DNA from: Paludibacteraceae bacterium
GTDB taxonomy: Bacteria; Bacteroidota; Bacteroidia; Bacteroidales; Paludibacteraceae
Reading direction: 5' to 3'
Assembly (NCBI GenBank): GCA_031555675.1
Contig: JAVBUB010000172.1
Location: forward strand, 1-51,559
Length of the DNA: 51,559 nucleotides
The translations under genes and the position numbers were made by a program. Positions 38,378 to 46,780 of the stretch are shown here, in pieces (positions within the stretch are counted from its first letter, which is position 1; each line of letters begins with the position of its first letter). The notes beneath the pieces were generated by a model, which was not told where the DNA came from, ran no database searches, and worked only from the letters and a program-made list of their open reading frames with translations.

Positions 38378-39469
38378 ATGCGGATATTTTATTTGATAAC
38401 AGGCTTGGGGGTTGGCGGTGCAGAAGTTATAACTATTGATTTGGCTAATTCTATGCGTGCACTAGGGCATGAAGTGAAGATAGAATATATGACAAATGAG
38501 AATGCATTGGAGAATCGAGTAAATGCTGGAATTGAGGTGCATTGCATAGACATAAAGAAAAATCCCATATCTTTTTTGAAAGGAATAATTCGATTAAAAA
38601 AACAAATAAAAAAATTCAAGCCTGACGTTGTGCATGCTCATATGTTTCATGCTAATATTTTTGCCAGAATAACAAGATTGTTTACTTCTATTCCTAAATT
38701 AATCTGTACAGCACATAATAAAAATGAAGGTGGAGATGTTAGGATGTTATTGTATAGATTAACAGATAAATTATCGGATTTAAATACAAATGTTTCGGAA
38801 GAAGCGGTTGATTGTTTTATACAAAAGAAAGCGTTTTCGAAAAAGAACAGTATTTGTATGTATAATGGCATTTCGTTGGATAAATTTAAAAAAGATACTG
38901 AGTTTAGGGAAAAATATAGAAAAGAGAGTGGATTTGCCAATGATGACTTTGTTTTTATAACAGTTGGAAGATTGACAAAGGCAAAAGATCACGTTAATTT
39001 ATTACATGCATTTAAACAGGTAAACGACCAAAATAATAAAACAAAATTAATTATAGTAGGCGAAGGAGAAGAACGAAAAAATATAGAGTCACTAATAGAA
39101 GAATTAAAGCTTACGGATAAAGTTTATTTGATGGGAATAAAACCAAATGTAGAGGTTTTTTATAATATGTCAGATTGTTTTGTTTTATCTTCTGCATGGG
39201 AAGGTTTTGGTATTGTTTTGGCAGAAGCTATGGCCTGTGAATTACCAGTGATAACTACTGATGCAGGAGGTTGCGCCGAAGTCGTGAGTCAACCGGAATG
39301 GGTGATACCAACCTATAACAGTGTTCTTTTAGCAGAAAAGATGATAATCATTTTAAATAAAACGAAAGAAGAAAGGGAAATGATGGGTAGAATCAACCGG
39401 GAATTAGTTAATAGATTTGATATTAAGAAAATAGTTGATTCGTGGGAAACCATTTATAAAAATAACTGA
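38378..39469 (+). CDS. Glycosyltransferase family 4
   Basis: MRIFYLITGLGVGGAEV at the N-terminus, and SSAWEGFGIVLAEAMACELPVITTDAGG. Confidence 0.85.
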   Translation: MRIFYLITGLGVGGAEVITIDLANSMRALGHEVKIEYMTNENALENRVNAGIEVHCIDIKKNPISFLKGIIRLKKQIKKFKPDVVHAHMFHANIFARITRLFTSIPKLICTAHNKNEGGDVRMLLYRLTDKLSDLNTNVSEEAVDCFIQKKAFSKKNSICMYNGISLDKFKKDTEFREKYRKESGFANDDFVFITVGRLTKAKDHVNLLHAFKQVNDQNNKTKLIIVGEGEERKNIESLIEELKLTDKVYLMGIKPNVEVFYNMSDCFVLSSAWEGFGIVLAEAMACELPVITTDAGGCAEVVSQPEWVIPTYNSVLLAEKMIIILNKTKEEREMMGRINRELVNRFDIKKIVDSWETIYKNN

Positions 39470-39527
39470 GCAACTTTAAATGTTGTTTTAACTTTGTTGT
39501 TATTGATGATATTTAACGTGTAAAAAT

Positions 39528-40634
39528 ATGCCAAAAACAATTATTTTTTCAGGAAACACAGCATGGAGTATGTATAATTTTCGCAAGAATGTTATAGGCA
39601 GTTTCGTTGAGAAAGGATTTCGCGTAATCGTAATAGCCCCTGAAGATGATGAATTTGGTAAAAAAATCAAGTCTATTGGCTGTGAATTTATACCAATAAA
39701 AATATCAGGGAAAGGTGTAAATCCGATAAATGACTTTCAGATTTTTCTATCATACATAAAGATATTTAGAAAATATAAGCCGGATTTTTGCTTTTTCTAT
39801 ACTATAAAACCCAATATCTACGGATCCTTAGCTGCGAAAGTACTTAAAATTCGTCATGTTGCCATAACAACAGGCTTAGGTTATGTTTTTTTGAGCAATG
39901 GCATTGTATCAAAAATAGCTAAAAAATTATATAAAATATCATTTAAAAATGTGGAACAAATCTGGTTTCTGAACGAAGATGATTATGATGCGTTTCGGAA
40001 AGAAGGGATTGTATCTGATGCAAAATGCCATATCATGAAAGGTGGAGAGGGCATCGATTTAACTTCATTTCAGGAAGCCTCCCAACCCGAATCCATATCA
40101 TTTCTTTTAATGGCCCGTATGTTATGGGATAAGGGAGTCGGAGTTTTTGCAGATGCAGCGAGGGAGTTGAAAAAAAAATATCCTGAAGTCGAGTTTCATC
40201 TACTTGGTTTTGTTGGCGTTGATAATCCAAGTGCGATATCTATTGAACAGATAAGAGCATGGGAAAAAGAAGGTATTGTTAAATATTTAGGAGTTACAAA
40301 TGATGTCAGGCCTTTTATTGCAAATGCCTCGTGTATTGTTTTGCCATCTTTTCGAGAAGGTATTCCACTTGCTTTGCTGGAAGGTGCGGCGATGGGGAAA
40401 CCATTAATAACTACGAATACGCCTGGCTGTAAGGAGGTTGTAGATAATGAGATTAATGGATTTCTTTGTTGTCTCAAAGATGTAAAAAGTCTCCATGAGG
40501 CAATGGAAAAAGTTATTTTGATGTCCGAAGAAGAACGAACAAATATGGGACATGCTGGACGAAAAAAGATAGAAATGCAGTTTGATGTAAAAAATACGAC
40601 AAAACAATATTTTGATGCTATAATAAGAAATTAG
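39528..40634 (+). CDS. Glycosyltransferase family 4
   Basis: PSFREGIPLALLEGAAMGKPLITTNTPGCKEVV, with a GT-B two-domain layout. Confidence 0.85.
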   Translation: MPKTIIFSGNTAWSMYNFRKNVIGSFVEKGFRVIVIAPEDDEFGKKIKSIGCEFIPIKISGKGVNPINDFQIFLSYIKIFRKYKPDFCFFYTIKPNIYGSLAAKVLKIRHVAITTGLGYVFLSNGIVSKIAKKLYKISFKNVEQIWFLNEDDYDAFRKEGIVSDAKCHIMKGGEGIDLTSFQEASQPESISFLLMARMLWDKGVGVFADAARELKKKYPEVEFHLLGFVGVDNPSAISIEQIRAWEKEGIVKYLGVTNDVRPFIANASCIVLPSFREGIPLALLEGAAMGKPLITTNTPGCKEVVDNEINGFLCCLKDVKSLHEAMEKVILMSEEERTNMGHAGRKKIEMQFDVKNTTKQYFDAIIRN

Positions 40635-40760
40635 CATTCAAATTAAATTCTTTCTTTGATTTTATTGCGAATGCATTTTACAGTTGCCGGACAGAATAAA
40701 ATAATTCAAGGTAATTAATCATTTTTTTACATATAATAATCAATTCCTCTAAGAAAATTA

Positions 40761-40768
40761 TATCTTTG
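40761..40768 (+). promoter_or_regulatory. Candidate -7 promoter box for the wecA-like gene (and probably pheS)
   Basis: TATCTTTG, 44 nt upstream of the ATG at 40812, inside the only sizeable gap (177 nt) in the locus. Confidence 0.45.
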
Positions 40769-40811
40769 TAAGCTAATTAGTGCTAATATTTATTGCCAAG
40801 CTATTTTTATC

Positions 40812-41909
40812 ATGGATATTGATTCAATATTAACATCTTATCCTTTTTTATTAGGTGTAATTTCTTTTATTATTGGTCAGATTTTAATGCCATATATACT
40901 TCAAATGGCAAAAAAAAAGGAATTAATTGTAAAACCCAATAAGAGAACCGCTCACGAAGGTGGTATTCCCAATATTGGCGGAATAAATATTTTTTCTTCT
41001 TTTATTATTTCCTATCTTATCTTTTCTACAGAACAAATTGATTTTTCGCATCGGATCATTTTAGCCGGAATGTATTTTATTTTAATGGTCGGTTTTTTTG
41101 ATGATATGGTGGAGCTTGTTCCCCGAAAAAAATTTATTGGTGAATTAATTGCCGGATTTTTGTTGATTGTGGTTGCTGATATCCGGTTGACTCATCTAAA
41201 TGGTTTTCTTGGGATAGACCAGATTCATGATGTAATTAGTTATCCATTATCATTTTTTGTGTTTTTGTTGATTATCAATGGACTTAACTTAATAGATGGG
41301 GTCGATGGTCTTGCTTCGGGCTTAGGTATACTGATTTGTGCATTTTTTGGTGTGTATTTCCAGTTAATAGGTATCACATACCTGTCGATGATGGCTTATG
41401 CTTTGATTGGAGCTTTATTGATATTTTTTATTTATAATGTTTTTGGACACAAGAAAAAGATATTTATGGGAGATTCCGGAGCATTGGTGCTTGGGTATAC
41501 TGTATATATGTTTGTTGTGGAATTTTGTGAAGTCAATGCATCTGATATGGCAACTATTAACCCATCGTATGTAATGACAGCTGCACCTGTTGTTGCGATA
41601 GCTATATTGGCTGTACCGTTGATAGATACACTCAGGGTAATGACAACGAGGATAAAAAAAGGTAAGTCTCCTTTTGAGGCAGATAAAAATCATGTTCATC
41701 ATTTGTTGTTGAGTATTGGTTTAAAGCATAGAGAAGTTACTTTTGTATTACTTATTGTAAGCCTCTTTTTTATCGGATTGGGATTATTACTTAGTAATGT
41801 AAGGATAGAATTAGGAATTTTAATTGTTATTTTTTGTGCTATAGTCTTAATCGTAACATTGTGGCGAATTGTAGATAAAGACACCAAGAAGGGAAAAAAT
41901 GAAAAATAA
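40812..41909 (+). CDS. MraY/WecA-family polyprenyl-phosphate N-acetylhexosamine-1-phosphate transferase (initiating glycosyltransferase)
   Basis: 365 aa with about 10-11 TM segments. Motifs [29 protein letters not shown] and HVHHLLL. Confidence 0.85.
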   Translation: MDIDSILTSYPFLLGVISFIIGQILMPYILQMAKKKELIVKPNKRTAHEGGIPNIGGINIFSSFIISYLIFSTEQIDFSHRIILAGMYFILMVGFFDDMVELVPRKKFIGELIAGFLLIVVADIRLTHLNGFLGIDQIHDVISYPLSFFVFLLIINGLNLIDGVDGLASGLGILICAFFGVYFQLIGITYLSMMAYALIGALLIFFIYNVFGHKKKIFMGDSGALVLGYTVYMFVVEFCEVNASDMATINPSYVMTAAPVVAIAILAVPLIDTLRVMTTRIKKGKSPFEADKNHVHHLLLSIGLKHREVTFVLLIVSLFFIGLGLLLSNVRIELGILIVIFCAIVLIVTLWRIVDKDTKKGKNEK

Positions 41910-42924
41910 AATACAACAACTACTACAAGAAGTAAATACACTTAAGGTAAATAGCTCCAATGAATTAGAAGAGATTCGCATTAAGTATTTAAGTAAAAAG
42001 GGAGAAATATCTGTTCTTTTCAATGACTTTAAAAATGTGGCCAATGAAGAAAAAAAGGAAATCGGCCAATTGTTGAACCAATTGAAAGATGCCGCACAAG
42101 AAAGAATAGCTTCTTTAAAGGAAGCATTTGAAGGACAACAGGCAGATGCTGTTAAAAACGATTTAACGAGAACAGCCGATCCGATTGCTTTAGGAACCAG
42201 ACACCCCATTTCTATTGTTCGCAATGAAATAATCAATATCTTTTCCAAATTAGGCTTCTCTATTGCCGAAGGACCGGAAATAGAAGACGACTGGCATGTG
42301 TTTTCCGCGTTAAACTTTGCGCCAAACCATCCGGCCAGGGATATGCAGGATACATTCTTCATAGAACAAAATCCCGATATTATATTGCGTTCTCATACAT
42401 CGTCAGTACAAACACGGGTAATGAAAAATACACAACCACCCATCCGTATTATTTGTCCGGGGAGAGTATACAGAAACGAAGCCATATCATATCGTGCCCA
42501 TTGCTTTTTTCATCAGGTAGAAGCATTGTACATTGCCAAAGATGTTTCTTTTGCCGATTTAAAACAAGTATTACTATATTTTGCGAAAGAAATGTTTGGA
42601 GAAAAAACGGAAATCCGTTTACGTCCGTCTTATTTCCCTTTTACCGAGCCATCTGCCGAAATGGATATATCCTGTAACCTTTGTGGCGGAAAAGGATGTC
42701 CATTCTGTAAACACACTGGTTGGGTTGAGATCTTAGGATGCGGAATGGTACATCCGAATGTACTTGATAATTGCGGAATTGATAGTAAAATATATTCAGG
42801 ATATGCCTTGGGAATGGGCATTGAACGTATTACGAATCTTAAGTTTCAGGTTAAAGACCTCCGGCTATTTTCCGAAAATGATATCCGGTTCTTACGAGAG
42901 TTTGAAGGTGCGACAAATCTATAG
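41899..42924 (+). CDS. pheS: Phenylalanine--tRNA ligase alpha subunit
   Basis: 341 aa. [26 protein letters not shown] and FPFTEPSAE...[10 protein letters not shown] are class II aaRS motifs. The ATG lies 11 nt inside the wecA-like ORF. Confidence 0.95.
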   Translation: MKNKIQQLLQEVNTLKVNSSNELEEIRIKYLSKKGEISVLFNDFKNVANEEKKEIGQLLNQLKDAAQERIASLKEAFEGQQADAVKNDLTRTADPIALGTRHPISIVRNEIINIFSKLGFSIAEGPEIEDDWHVFSALNFAPNHPARDMQDTFFIEQNPDIILRSHTSSVQTRVMKNTQPPIRIICPGRVYRNEAISYRAHCFFHQVEALYIAKDVSFADLKQVLLYFAKEMFGEKTEIRLRPSYFPFTEPSAEMDISCNLCGGKGCPFCKHTGWVEILGCGMVHPNVLDNCGIDSKIYSGYALGMGIERITNLKFQVKDLRLFSENDIRFLREFEGATNL

Positions 42925-42935
42925 ATTATATAATG

Positions 42936-43050
42936 AAAGAGGGTGTCTCAAAATAAAAATTAAGTCTCTGAGAATTGAGTATTCGCGTTCAGTCTCAGAT
43001 AGGTGTCCGAATAAAAAGAGGGTGAAATCACATTGTGAGACACCCTCTTT
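42936..43050. repeat. 115-bp element bounded by a perfect 15-bp inverted repeat, with a nested terminator hairpin
   Basis: AAAGAGGGTGTCTCA (42936-42950) is the exact reverse complement of TGAGACACCCTCTTT (43036-43050). An internal copy AGAGGGTG (43017-43024) can pair instead with CACCCTCT (43041-43048). Confidence 0.7.
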
Positions 43051-43058
43051 TTCTTTTG
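43017..43058 (+). terminator. Probable pheS terminator
   Basis: AGAGGGTG, a 16-nt loop, CACCCTCT, then TTTTTCTTTT. Confidence 0.6.
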
Positions 43059-43060
43059 AA

Positions 43061-43582
43061 TCAGTACAGTAAAAACCCTGCAAAACCAGCCAGTATAATC
43101 AATAAAATAGGATGTAACTTGAAGTAAAAGGTGGCGATAAAAGCACCTAAAAAAATAAGAAAGCTCTTATAGTCGATAAAGTTCTCATTGTTCATTAACA
43201 TCAATGCCGCAGCTCCGATCAATCCTACTACAAGAGGACGCAAAAATATAAAAACGGAACTGATATACGCATTGTTCTGATACTTGAAAAAAAACCGGGA
43301 TAATGTGAGCATAATAATAAACGATGGCAGGCAAATGGCAAAAGTAGCAAGAGCAGATCCAAAAACATTACCTGCGGCCATATAGCCGACATAAGTGGCA
43401 CTATTGATGCCAATCGGTCCCGGTGTCATCTGAGAAATAGCGATAATATCTGTAAATTCACCTTCGTTCAGCCAGTTATGAATTTCAATTTCATGCTGAA
43501 TGAGCGGAATAATGGCATAACCTCCCCCAAATCCGAATAAACCTATTTTAAAAAACGACCAGAATAATTGTAAGTATATCAT
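43061..43582 (-). CDS. chrA: Chromate transporter family protein (short ChrA, C-terminal-half type)
   Basis: 173 aa. FFKIGLFGFGGGYAIIPLI and MTPGPIGINSATYVGY are typical of the CHR family. Confidence 0.85.
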   Translation of the reverse strand: MIYLQLFWSFFKIGLFGFGGGYAIIPLIQHEIEIHNWLNEGEFTDIIAISQMTPGPIGINSATYVGYMAAGNVFGSALATFAICLPSFIIMLTLSRFFFKYQNNAYISSVFIFLRPLVVGLIGAAALMLMNNENFIDYKSFLIFLGAFIATFYFKLHPILLIILAGFAGFLLY

Positions 43583-43606
43583 AATGAAATTGATTGTTTG
43601 ATCCTA

Positions 43607-44167
43607 TTATTTAATTTTCTTCACTATGACATCATTTATTTTCTTGTACAAGATCCCGCATACAATCGCTCCTATGATGATATAAATAGGCGAAATATCC
43701 AATAGCCATATTAATAAAATGGCAATAATGGGAATCGCTATTGTTTTGAGATTAATATGAGCGGCTTTTGACATATTCCAAATGGGAGCAGCGATAAGCG
43801 CTACTACAGCAGGACGTATGCCTTTAAATATTCTTTCCACAATAGGATTGTCTTTTACATCGACATAGAAAGTTGCAATCAGGAGAATAATAAGGAAAGA
43901 AGGTAGTATAGTCCCCAAAACAGCAGCTACAGATCCTTTGAATCCTTTTATTTTGTAACCGACAAAGATAGAAGTATTAACTGCCATAACTCCCGGTGCC
44001 GACTGTGCTAATGCCAACATATCCAGGAAATATTTTTTGTCGATCCATTTTTTATTGCCTACTACTTCTTTTTCTATCAGAGGTATCATGGCATATCCTC
44101 CACCAATAGTGAAAGCTCCTATTTTGAAGAACGACAGGAATAATTGTATGTAGATATTCCGGAACAT
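43607..44167 (-). CDS. chrA: Chromate transporter family protein (short ChrA, N-terminal-half type)
   Basis: 186 aa. FFKIGAFTIGGGYAMIPLI and SAPGVMAVNTSIFVGY. It pairs with the downstream half-size gene. Confidence 0.85.
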   Translation of the reverse strand: MFRNIYIQLFLSFFKIGAFTIGGGYAMIPLIEKEVVGNKKWIDKKYFLDMLALAQSAPGVMAVNTSIFVGYKIKGFKGSVAAVLGTILPSFLIILLIATFYVDVKDNPIVERIFKGIRPAVVALIAAPIWNMSKAAHINLKTIAIPIIAILLIWLLDISPIYIIIGAIVCGILYKKINDVIVKKIK

Positions 44168-44260
44168 AAGAACTTAAATAATGCAAAATAATTAATGTTA
44201 TAACTTTGAATGCCGTTAGGCATTATCTCTTTGTAGATGAAGATAAGATTCTACGCAGGA

Positions 44261-44280
44261 TGCATTCCGTACGGAATGCA
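44261..44280. promoter_or_regulatory. 20-bp perfect palindrome upstream of the chrA pair (candidate operator)
   Basis: TGCATTCCGTACGGAATGCA is self-complementary over all 20 nt. It sits 94 nt upstream of the chrA ATG at 44167. Confidence 0.3.
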
Positions 44281-44392
44281 ACTAAAGAGAATATATTTTT
44301 TACTACTACCGAAAGATAGTCCCTTACGGGATTTTTCAACAAATAACACAAAATATAACATTTATTTTTTATATTACTTATAACAAAGAAAA

Positions 44393-45886
44393 TTATACTT
44401 TTTCTCCCAATTGCTTGTAGGTTTCGCGTAGTGCATCCTCGTCGTCGCTGATAAGCAATAATATATCACCTTCGTTCAGTTCTGTATTTCCTTTGGGTAT
44501 AAAATAATGGTTATTACGTTTTACCATAACCACCAATGTTTTTTCGGGAAGTGGAATATTCATTATTTTGTTCCCGTTTTCCAGATTGCCTTTTTTGATA
44601 GTAACTTCGCTCATGGCAGATTTTATTTCTTCCGAAAACTCAACATCAAATTCCGTCAACTTCATAGATTCCGGCGTATCTTTTGATAAATGAAGAAGTT
44701 TGGCCATAGCCGTTAAGGTAGTTCCCTGTATAACCAAAGATAGTATGGTAATAAAGAAAACAATATTGAAAATCATTTTAGCCTGTGGAATATCTGCAAT
44801 CCAAGGATAAGTGGCAAAAACAATAGGTACCGCGCCGCGTAATCCTACCCACGAAACATAACCTTTGGCTCTCCATGTCATATTGCGGAATGGCAGCAAC
44901 GATATCAATACAGAAAGCGGACGTCCCAGTAAAATCATAAAAACACCTATCAATACCGCAACACCCGCAATAGGTAATAATTCTGATGGGTTAACCAGCA
45001 AGCCCAACGTTAAGAACATCACAATCTGGAATAACCATGTTAACCCATCGAAAAACTTGACAGCACTTCGTTTATGTACAAATTTATGATTACCAATGAC
45101 TAGACCTGCTATATAAACAGCTAAATAACCATTTCCTTTAATAAAGTCGGTAAATGAGAATATGAAGAACATAAAGGTAAGAAGCAAAACGGAGTATAAA
45201 GAATCATTATCCAGGTTTATTTTATTGATAACGCGAACAGAAAATTTTCCAAGAAAAAAGCCCACTAAACCTCCGATAAACAATTGCATAAAAAAGAATA
45301 AAATCATTTGCCAGATAGGTTCGTCCGGCATTTTGATGGCAGTAATTATAGTAATGGTTAACATGTAAGCCATGGGATCGTTACTTCCACTTTCAAACTC
45401 TAACAAAGGCTTCATGTGTTCTTTTAACGACAATCCTTTGGATCGGAGCAGGCTGAAAACAGATGCCGAATCGGTTGACGACATTACCGAAGCCAACAAC
45501 AGAGATTCTAAAAGAGTGAAAGTAATACTTGATATAACATTATTGGTAAGCCAATATATAAATAATCCTGTAAATAAAGCTGTTAATAAAACCCCCAAGG
45601 TGGAAAGAACAAAACCGGGGGTTATTACCGGACGTATTTCTTCGTATTTGGTACTCATACCTCCCGAAAACAGAATAATATTAAGTGAGATAAGTCCGAT
45701 GAATTGGGCGGCTTTCGGATTTTGAAATTTAATGCCAATTCCGTCGCTTCCGGCCAACATGCCTATAACCAGGAACAGCAAAAGAGTAGGGACGCCAAAT
45801 TTATAACCTGTTTTTCCAGCTAATAAGCTGATGAATAGTAAAATGGAACCAATTAAAACGAAATTTTCAGCAGTAAAATTTTGCAT
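44393..45886 (-). CDS. K+/H+ antiporter, CPA1 family (NhaP2/CvrA-like) with C-terminal TrkA_C domain
   Basis: 497 aa with about 12 TM segments. ESGSNDPMA is the Na_H_Exchanger signature. The soluble C-terminus (VMVKRNNHYFIPKGNTELNEGDILLLISD) is RCK_C-like. Confidence 0.85.
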   Translation of the reverse strand: MQNFTAENFVLIGSILLFISLLAGKTGYKFGVPTLLLFLVIGMLAGSDGIGIKFQNPKAAQFIGLISLNIILFSGGMSTKYEEIRPVITPGFVLSTLGVLLTALFTGLFIYWLTNNVISSITFTLLESLLLASVMSSTDSASVFSLLRSKGLSLKEHMKPLLEFESGSNDPMAYMLTITIITAIKMPDEPIWQMILFFFMQLFIGGLVGFFLGKFSVRVINKINLDNDSLYSVLLLTFMFFIFSFTDFIKGNGYLAVYIAGLVIGNHKFVHKRSAVKFFDGLTWLFQIVMFLTLGLLVNPSELLPIAGVAVLIGVFMILLGRPLSVLISLLPFRNMTWRAKGYVSWVGLRGAVPIVFATYPWIADIPQAKMIFNIVFFITILSLVIQGTTLTAMAKLLHLSKDTPESMKLTEFDVEFSEEIKSAMSEVTIKKGNLENGNKIMNIPLPEKTLVVMVKRNNHYFIPKGNTELNEGDILLLISDDEDALRETYKQLGEKV

Positions 45887-46033
45887 GTAGCATATATTTT
45901 TGTTTTGTTATATTGCAAAGTTAAAAAAAATGAGAAAAAACATGCCTATTTAAAAAGGGTTTTAACCTTTTTTGCATTATTGCATTCTAACACCCTAATG
46001 GTGTAGATTGTTTGCTAGCAAAAATAATTATTG

Positions 46034-46041
46034 TACTTTTG
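46034..46041 (+). promoter_or_regulatory. Candidate -7 promoter box for the SIS gene
   Basis: TACTTTTG, 21 nt upstream of the ATG at 46062. This supports that ATG over the TTG at 46008 used by the ORF track. Confidence 0.45.
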
Positions 46042-46061
46042 CATACAAATTTAGAAATAAC

Positions 46062-46670
46062 ATGTTAAAAGAAGATATTAAACAATTGCTTCAACAAGAA
46101 GCAGCAGCAATTTTGAATCTGCCTATTACCGACGATTTTGAAAAAGCTGTTGATATGATATATCAGCAAGTTCACGTTCTTAAAGGAAAACTGGTAACAA
46201 GCGGCATGGGGAAAGCAGGTCAGATTGCGATGAATATATCTACCACATTCAGTTCAACCGGTACGCCTTCCATTTTTCTTCACCCAAGCGAAGCACAACA
46301 TGGAGATTTGGGTGTTTTGCAAGAAAACGATGTTATGTTGCTGATATCTAACTCTGGAAAAACCAGAGAAATATTGGAACTAACCGAACTTGCCCGTAGG
46401 CTCAACCCCGGAATAAAATTTATAGTTATTACCGGAAACAAAGACAGCCTGTTGGCACAAGCCGCCGATGCCTGTTTGTATACCGGAAATCCCAAAGAAG
46501 TATGTATTCTGGGATTAACGCCCACTACTTCTACTACCATGATGACTGTGATTGGCGATATACTCGTTGTTAGTGTCATGAAAAAAATAGGATACACACA
46601 CGCCGATTATGCCAAAAGACACCATGGTGGATACCTCGGGGAAAAATCAAGGGAACAGTCGAAGAAGTAG
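46062..46670 (+). CDS. Single-domain SIS protein, KpsF/GutQ/KdsD-like (probable arabinose-5-phosphate isomerase without CBS domains)
   Basis: GKLVTSGMGKAGQIAMNISTTFSSTGTPSIFLHPSEAQHGDLG...LLISNSGKTRE...ITGN. It ends right after the SIS fold. Confidence 0.75.
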   Translation: MLKEDIKQLLQQEAAAILNLPITDDFEKAVDMIYQQVHVLKGKLVTSGMGKAGQIAMNISTTFSSTGTPSIFLHPSEAQHGDLGVLQENDVMLLISNSGKTREILELTELARRLNPGIKFIVITGNKDSLLAQAADACLYTGNPKEVCILGLTPTTSTTMMTVIGDILVVSVMKKIGYTHADYAKRHHGGYLGEKSREQSKK

Positions 46671-46687
46671 ACCAGTTTGTTTATTTA

Positions 46688-46774
46688 GTTCTACGTAGTA
46701 CGTTCTACGTTTTACGAAATGGTATTGTGATGTTTCAGAACGTATAACGTAAAACGTACTACGTAAAACTTTTT
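46688..46774 (+). terminator. Long imperfect hairpin built from 7-nt TACGnnn repeats, followed by T5 (terminator/attenuator-like)
   Basis: Arms 46688-46716 and 46741-46769 are complementary at 26/29 positions, with a 24-nt loop. TACG starts at 46692/46699/46706/46713 and CGTA at 46741/46748/46755/46762. TTTTT is at 46770-46774, and the next ATG is at 46781. Confidence 0.5.
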
Positions 46775-46780
46775 CAACTT

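Noticed and set aside
43061-44167. Two half-size chrA genes as a possible frameshifted pseudogene of a full-length ChrA.
   Set aside because: Each ORF has its own start, its own copy of the GGGYA(M/I)IPLI motif and an intact end, with a 24-nt gap between them. Pairs of short-chain CHR proteins are a known functional arrangement (for example in Bacillus subtilis).
46062-46670. SIS isomerase lacking the CBS-domain pair, as a possible truncated kdsD.
   Set aside because: The ORF ends cleanly and is followed by a structured intergenic region. Single-domain SIS arabinose-5-phosphate isomerases have been characterised in Bacteroides fragilis, so the short form is expected in this phylum.
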